DNA of 13,250 nucleotides from Elusimicrobiota bacterium (GTDB lineage: Bacteria > Elusimicrobiota > Elusimicrobia > UBA1565): NCBI GenBank assembly GCA_043819795.1, contig JBDREN010000143.1, positions 1 to 13,250 of the forward strand. Reading direction: 5' to 3'. A program made the translations under genes and the position numbers. Each line of letters opens with the position of its first letter. Position 1 is the first letter of the stretch. Of this stretch, positions 8,446 to 13,250 are shown in pieces. The notes under the pieces are model-generated. The model ran no database searches. It was not told the DNA's origin and saw only the letters and a list, made by a program, of their open reading frames with translations.

Positions 8446-9147
8446 ATGAAGAGACTGCTGACATCCGCGCTGATCGCGCTCCTCCTCTGCCGGCCGGCTC
8501 CGGCCTTGGCCGATGACGACGAGAAGGCGGTGGACGCCCTCATCAAGGCCTCCGTGAACTCGGTCATGGAGATCCTCAAGGACGCGGATTTGGACAAGGA
8601 GGCGAAGAAGGAGCGGGTCATAGAGGTCGTGGACCCCTTGTTCGACCTGCCCCTCATCGCCAAGCTGGTCATGGGGCGCAATCAATGGGGGGCGATGGAC
8701 GAGCGCCAAAGGAAGGAGTTCGAGGACCTCTTCGTCAAGCAGGTGCGGGACTCCTACTTCGGCAAGGTGGACCTGCTCACCGACGAGAAGGTCGAGTTCG
8801 AGAAGCCCGTCAGGACGAAGAAGAAATTCACCATGCTCACGCGCATCCTCTCCAAGAACCAGCGCTATGAGATGCTCTACAAGCTGCACGACGATGCAGG
8901 GCGCTGGAAGGTCTACGACATGGAGATCGAGGGGATCAGCATCGTGAGGTCCTACCGGTCCCAGTACGAGCAGTTCCTCCAGAAAAGCTCGATCGACGAC
9001 CTCCTCAAGAAGATGAAGGGGAAGGTCCTGGAGCCTCCGAAGGAGCTGAAGGAAAAGCAGGACGAGATCAAGGCCAAGGCCGAGAAGGCCGAGGCCGAAA
9101 AGACGGAGAAGAAGCGGAAGAAGCCCTCCCCGGAGGATGGGGGCTGA
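8446..9147 (+). CDS. mlaC: MlaC/Ttg2D family periplasmic lipid-binding protein
   Basis: Signal peptide ending in ALA. FDLPLIAKLVMG..W, QRKEFEDLF and WKVYDMEIEGISIVRSYRSQY motifs. SD aaggag (8434-8439) inside the end of mlaA. Confidence 0.92.
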   Translation: MKRLLTSALIALLLCRPAPALADDDEKAVDALIKASVNSVMEILKDADLDKEAKKERVIEVVDPLFDLPLIAKLVMGRNQWGAMDERQRKEFEDLFVKQVRDSYFGKVDLLTDEKVEFEKPVRTKKKFTMLTRILSKNQRYEMLYKLHDDAGRWKVYDMEIEGISIVRSYRSQYEQFLQKSSIDDLLKKMKGKVLEPPKELKEKQDEIKAKAEKAEAEKTEKKRKKPSPEDGG

Positions 9148-9165
9148 CCGACCCCCGACTCCGGC

Positions 9166-11682
9166 ATGGCGGAGACGACCAACCCTTTCATCGGCCTCTA
9201 CGACCGGATCGTCCTCGAGCGGCCCAAGGCCGCCATCCTGACGCTGGTCGCCGTCTTCGCCTTCTTCGGCTACTGGGCCAAGGACTTCCGCCTCGACGCC
9301 TCGGGGGAGTCTCTGGTCCTGGAGCACGACGACGACGTCCGGTACTTCGCCGCGATCAACGACCGCTACCAGGGCGGCGATTTCATCATCATCACCTACT
9401 CCCCCCCCGAGGACCTCTTCTCCAAGGAGTCCCTCGACCGGCTCGGGCGCCTGCGCGACGAGCTCAGAAAGCTGGATCGGGTCTCGTCGGTCGTCACCTT
9501 GCTGGACGTGCCGCTGCTCAAGAACCCGCCCGGGACGCTCAAGGAGCTCAAGGACAACATCAAGACCCTGGAATCGCCGGACGCGGACATGGGCCTGGCC
9601 GTCGCGGAGTTCCGCGACAGCGATCTCTACCGCAACCTCCTGGTCAGCCCCGACCTCAAGGCCACCGCCCTGCTGGTCAACTTCCGGATGGACAAGGGCA
9701 GCACGGAGCTCCTGTCGCGCCGCTCCAAGCTGCGCGAGAAGGACTATGACGGCAGCCTGACGCCGGCCGAGCGCGAGGAGCTCGAGGCCCTGGAGGTCGA
9801 GTTCCGGCGCGACAAGGACCGGCGGCGGGCGGGGTGGCACGAGGACATCGCCGCCATCCGGGCGCTGATCGCGGGGGACCGCTCCGGCGCGCGCCTCTTC
9901 CTGGGCGGCGTGCCCATGATCGTCGACGACATCATCTCGTTCATCAAGAACGACCTGAAGGTGTTCGGCCTCGGGATGCTGTGCTTCCTGATCCTGACCT
10001 TGGGGGTCATCTTCAAGCGCAAGAGATGGGTCGTCCTGCCGATGCTGTGCTGCTCGCTCTCGGTGCTCACGCTCATGGGCATCCTGGGGCTGAGCACCTG
10101 GGACGTGACCGTCGTGTCATCCAACTTCATCTCGCTCCAGCTCATCTTCACGATGTCGCTGGCGATCCACATCGTCGTGCGCTACCGCGAGCTCCTGCGC
10201 TGGACGCCCGACGCGCCCAACCGCGACATCGTGCGGGACGCCGTCCGCCTCACCTTCGTCCCCTGTCTCTACGCGATCCTGACGACGATCGCCGGCTTCT
10301 GCTCTCTGGTCATCTGCGACATCCTGCCGGTCGTCAACTTCGGCTGGATGATGACGATGGGGCTCTGCGTGTCCATGATCGTGACCTTCCTGCTCCTGCC
10401 GGCGGGGCTCATGCTGATGAAGAAGCCGCCGCCCGCCAGCGAGAAGGCCTTCGGCCTGCCGCTCACCTCCTTCTTCGCCCGCCTCACCGAGAGGCACGGA
10501 GCCGCGATCGTCGCCGCGAGCCTGGCCATCGCCGTCGTCACGGCCTTCGGCATCACGCGGCTGGAGGTGGAGAACAGCTTCATCGACTATTTCAAGAAAT
10601 CCACCGACATCTACAAAGGGATGAAGTTCATCGACCAGGAGCTGGGGGGCACGACGCCGCTCGAGGTCATGATCGATTTCGCCCCGGAAGCCTCCGCCGA
10701 GCCGGAGCCCGCCCCCCCTCCGGACGAGGCCTTCGACGAGGACTTCGACGAGTTCGCGGAGTTCGAGGAGAAGTCCGCGGAGGACGCGGAGAAGTACTGG
10801 TTCACGACCGGGAAGCTCGAGGTGGTGAACAAGGTCCACGACTACCTCGACGGGCTTCCCGCCACCGGGAAGGTCATGTCTTTGGCCACGCTGTGGAAGA
10901 CGACGCGCGATCTCAACGAGGGCAAGCCCTTCGACGATTTCGCCCTGGCGATCCTGTTCAACCAGATGCCGGAGGAGCATAAGGACATCCTGGTGAACCC
11001 CTACGTCTCGATCGAGCACGACCAGGCGAGGATCACGGCCCGCATCAAGGACTCGATGCGGGACCTGCGGCGCGACCCCCTCATCAAGAAGATCCGCGCG
11101 GACCTTCGCGGAAAGCTCGGCCTCAAGGAGGACCAGTTCCGCGTGACGGGTCTGATGGTCCTCTACAACAACATGCTCCAGAGCCTGTTCCGCTCCCAGA
11201 TCCAGACCGTCGGATTCACCGTCCTGGCGCTCATGGCCATGTTCATGATCCTCTTCCGCTCGATCAAGATCTCGCTCATCGCCATCTTCCCGAACCTGCT
11301 CTCGTCGATGATCGTGCTCGGCGTGATGGGCCTCGCCCGGATCCCCCTGGACATCATGACGATCACGATCGTGGCCATCAGCGTGGGCATCGCCGTGGAC
11401 AACACGATCCACTACCTGCACCGCTTCCGGCGCGAGATCACGAAAGACTGGGACTACCTGAAAGCCATGCATCGCTGCCACGGCAGCATCGGCAACGCCA
11501 TGTTCTACACGTCTCTGTCCATCACCATCGGGTTCTCCATCCTGGGGTTCTCGAACTTCATCCCCACGATCCTCTTCGGCCTGCTGGCCGCCCTCGCGAT
11601 GGCGATGGCCTTGGTCGCGGCCCTGAGCCTACTGCCCAAGCTCATCATGTTCTTCAAGCCCTTCGGCACCGGAAAAACCTAG
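9166..11682 (+). CDS. MMPL/RND superfamily membrane transporter (HpnN/YdfJ-like), likely lipid transport
   Basis: 838 aa with a duplicated (TM + periplasmic domain + ~5 TM) architecture. LGGVPMI, LTTIAGFCSL, LGGTTPLEV, GIAVDNTIHYLHRF and GFSILGFSNFIPT motifs. Operonic with mlaA and mlaC. Confidence 0.92.
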   Translation: MAETTNPFIGLYDRIVLERPKAAILTLVAVFAFFGYWAKDFRLDASGESLVLEHDDDVRYFAAINDRYQGGDFIIITYSPPEDLFSKESLDRLGRLRDELRKLDRVSSVVTLLDVPLLKNPPGTLKELKDNIKTLESPDADMGLAVAEFRDSDLYRNLLVSPDLKATALLVNFRMDKGSTELLSRRSKLREKDYDGSLTPAEREELEALEVEFRRDKDRRRAGWHEDIAAIRALIAGDRSGARLFLGGVPMIVDDIISFIKNDLKVFGLGMLCFLILTLGVIFKRKRWVVLPMLCCSLSVLTLMGILGLSTWDVTVVSSNFISLQLIFTMSLAIHIVVRYRELLRWTPDAPNRDIVRDAVRLTFVPCLYAILTTIAGFCSLVICDILPVVNFGWMMTMGLCVSMIVTFLLLPAGLMLMKKPPPASEKAFGLPLTSFFARLTERHGAAIVAASLAIAVVTAFGITRLEVENSFIDYFKKSTDIYKGMKFIDQELGGTTPLEVMIDFAPEASAEPEPAPPPDEAFDEDFDEFAEFEEKSAEDAEKYWFTTGKLEVVNKVHDYLDGLPATGKVMSLATLWKTTRDLNEGKPFDDFALAILFNQMPEEHKDILVNPYVSIEHDQARITARIKDSMRDLRRDPLIKKIRADLRGKLGLKEDQFRVTGLMVLYNNMLQSLFRSQIQTVGFTVLALMAMFMILFRSIKISLIAIFPNLLSSMIVLGVMGLARIPLDIMTITIVAISVGIAVDNTIHYLHRFRREITKDWDYLKAMHRCHGSIGNAMFYTSLSITIGFSILGFSNFIPTILFGLLAALAMAMALVAALSLLPKLIMFFKPFGTGKT

Positions 11683-11748
11683 GAAAAGTCTAGCGATTCC
11701 GCGCCCCGCGTCCCCCTGGCCGCGTTCCGCCCCGCACCCCCCTCCGCG

Positions 11749-11804
11749 ATTTCGCAAGAATTTCGCAGGAATGTGAGGCTGCGTTAAAGCCGCAGTGTTA
11801 TCCT
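11749..11804 (+). promoter_or_regulatory. Putative promoter of the cyclase gene: 11-bp tandem direct repeat plus extended -10
   Basis: atttcgcaaga (11749-11759) / atttcgcagga (11760-11770), 10/11 identical; TGnTATCCT at 11796-11804; SD-like aggagg (11811-11816) and aagga (11820-11824). Confidence 0.45.
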
Positions 11805-11829
11805 TTATGCAGGAGGCGGAAGGATATCC

Positions 11830-13041
11830 ATGTCGACTACGGGTCCCAAACGGCCGCACGCGAAAGCCGCTCATGCCGAGCGCCCGGGGAGCGCCGCGGA
11901 GCGCGTCCCCCGCCGCGAACCGGCGGGCGCGGGCCCACGCCGCATCCGGCGCCCTCCCGAGAGCATCCTCATCATCGAAGACGACCCCTCCATGCTATCG
12001 GTGGTGACGCGGGCCCTGGACTCCCCCCGCCGCGGGATCCTGGCCGCCGAGAGCGCGGACGAGGCGCTCGTATTCCTGGACGAGCAGGATTTCGACCTGG
12101 TCATCACCGACGTGGTCATGCCGGGCGGCATGGACGGCCGTGGCCTCTTCCGCTGGGTCAGGGAGCACCGGCCGAACACGGACACGATCCTGGTCTCGGG
12201 CTTCCCCAGCATAGAGGGCGTCCTCGAAGCATTCCGCCACGGGGCGTGGGACTACCTGGTCAAGCCCCTGGACCTGGGCGGGCTGGAGAGCACGGTCTTG
12301 CGCTGCATCCAGCGGCGCCGGGCGGAGGACGACATGGCGGACGAGGTCTCCGTGCGGACCTCCCTGAGGAAGGCCTACCGCGAGCTCAACGCCATGGACG
12401 GCATGCGGGACGCTCTGCGGCGCTATCTGGCCAAGGAGGTGGCGGACAAGGTCATGTTCTCGCCGCACGCCGCCCTGAAGGGCGAGAGGATAATCGCCAC
12501 CATGCTTTTCGCCGACATCCGGGGTTTCACGACCTTCGCCGAGTCCCACCCTCCCGAGGAGGCGGTCGCCGTCCTGAACTCCCTGTTCGAGCGCTTCAAC
12601 GCGGTCGTCAAACGGCGGCTGGGCGTCGTCAATAAGTACACCGGCGACGGCCTGATGGCGATCTTCGGGGCGCTCCAAGCCGTGAAGGACCACGCCCAAC
12701 GGGCGGCCCTCTGCGCCTTGGATATGATCGACGAGACCGCCGAGTGGAACGAGCGGCGGCGCGCCGAAGGGCGCCTCCCGCTGGACATAGGGATCGGCAT
12801 CAATACGGGGGAGGTGGTGGCGGGCAGCATCGGGACCTTTGAGCGCAGCGAGTACACCGTGGTGGGGTCGGCGGTGAACCTGGCCGAGCGTCTCGAGCAC
12901 CACGCCGCCCCCGGGCAGATCCTCGTCGGGCCTGGATCCGTACCGGCCCTGAGCCGGAGCTTCCGTCTGCGCTTCCTCGGCTCGGACTGGTTCAAGGGAT
13001 TCTCCCGCCCCAGCCGCGTCTACGAGCTCTCCCGACTATAA
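11830..13041 (+). CDS. Response-regulator receiver domain fused to class III nucleotide (probably adenylate) cyclase
   Basis: Receiver motifs IIEDD, ITDVVMPG, LVSG and YLVKP. Cyclase motifs LFADIRGFT, NKYTGDGLMAIFG, IGIGINTGEVVAG and EYTVVGSAVNLAERLE. The Lys plus Thr specificity pair is typical of class IIIb adenylyl cyclases. Confidence 0.95.
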   Translation: MSTTGPKRPHAKAAHAERPGSAAERVPRREPAGAGPRRIRRPPESILIIEDDPSMLSVVTRALDSPRRGILAAESADEALVFLDEQDFDLVITDVVMPGGMDGRGLFRWVREHRPNTDTILVSGFPSIEGVLEAFRHGAWDYLVKPLDLGGLESTVLRCIQRRRAEDDMADEVSVRTSLRKAYRELNAMDGMRDALRRYLAKEVADKVMFSPHAALKGERIIATMLFADIRGFTTFAESHPPEEAVAVLNSLFERFNAVVKRRLGVVNKYTGDGLMAIFGALQAVKDHAQRAALCALDMIDETAEWNERRRAEGRLPLDIGIGINTGEVVAGSIGTFERSEYTVVGSAVNLAERLEHHAAPGQILVGPGSVPALSRSFRLRFLGSDWFKGFSRPSRVYELSRL

Positions 13042-13047
13042 GACGGC

Positions 13048-13116
13048 GTCGGGCGTTGACTTTGTTAACTAATTCGCGACCACGATGAAAATTAGTTAAC
13101 AAAGTTAACGCCTGAT
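13048..13116. repeat. Long AT-rich REP-like inverted repeat
   Basis: ggcgttgactttgttaactaatt (13052-13074) / aattagttaacaaagttaacgcc (13090-13112): 22 of 23 pairs Watson-Crick, 15-nt loop. Extends to 13048/13116 with G-T pairs. Confidence 0.9.
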
Positions 13117-13250
13117 AATCATCTAGAGGTCCCCTCCCGCAGGTTGTATTGTTTCGTTGCGAGACGAACATTCCAACCCGAGGAGGGGACAGATGAAATT
13201 ATACGCAGGAATCGACCTGCATTCCAACAACAACGTGCTGGTGATCTTGG
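13116..13250 (+). mobile_element. Left end of an IS110-family insertion sequence (boundary inferred; continues beyond the window)
   Basis: Transposase start at 13193. A ~77-nt structured leader begins where the flanking palindrome loses symmetry (after CCTGA, 13115). GC content is lower than in the flanking genes. Confidence 0.7.
13193..13250 (+). CDS. IS110-family (DEDD RuvC-like) transposase/recombinase, N-terminal 19 codons only
   Basis: MKLYAGIDLHSNNNVLVIL carries the GIDLH first catalytic Asp motif of IS110 DEDD domains. Strong SD aggagg (13181-13186) 6 nt upstream of ATG 13193. The frame is open to the window end. Confidence 0.82.
   Translation, partial: MKLYAGIDLHSNNNVLVIL

Noticed and set aside
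9401..9408. Poly-C tracts (C8 at 9401-9408, C9 at 6737-6745, C7 at 10712-10718) as phase-variation switches
   Set aside because: They encode Pro runs in frame in a GC-rich genome. The C9 tract would change only the last few residues, and there is no evidence of length variation.
13048..13116. Integron attC site, CRISPR repeat or classical intrinsic terminator
   Set aside because: No RYYYAAC…GTTRRRY outer boxes with extrahelical bases, only one copy with no spacers, and no U-tract after the stem. A termination or mRNA-stabilising role cannot be excluded.

Overview
GC-rich bacterial window; the protein style suggests Elusimicrobiota, but that is an inference. In order: (1) the 3' ~4.3 kb of a giant secreted or surface protein with tandem Ig-like repeats, PKD domains, a beta-helix-like domain and a T9SS-sorting/FlgD-Ig-like C-terminal domain, with one in-frame TAG in a degenerate repeat, followed by a terminator; (2) a decayed TSP3-repeat gene remnant; (3) a signal peptide plus low-complexity linker fused to a SAM-methyltransferase-like domain; (4) a convergent SDR oxidoreductase with HxxxK instead of YxxxK; (5) an mlaA(vacJ)-mlaC(ttg2D)-MMPL/RND lipid-transport operon with no MlaFEDB genes in the window; (6) a receiver-domain class III adenylate cyclase; (7) a long AT-rich REP-like palindrome whose right arm breaks off where an IS110-family element appears to begin. 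The IS110 has a structured left end and the start of its recombinase, cut by the window edge and missed by the ORF track.
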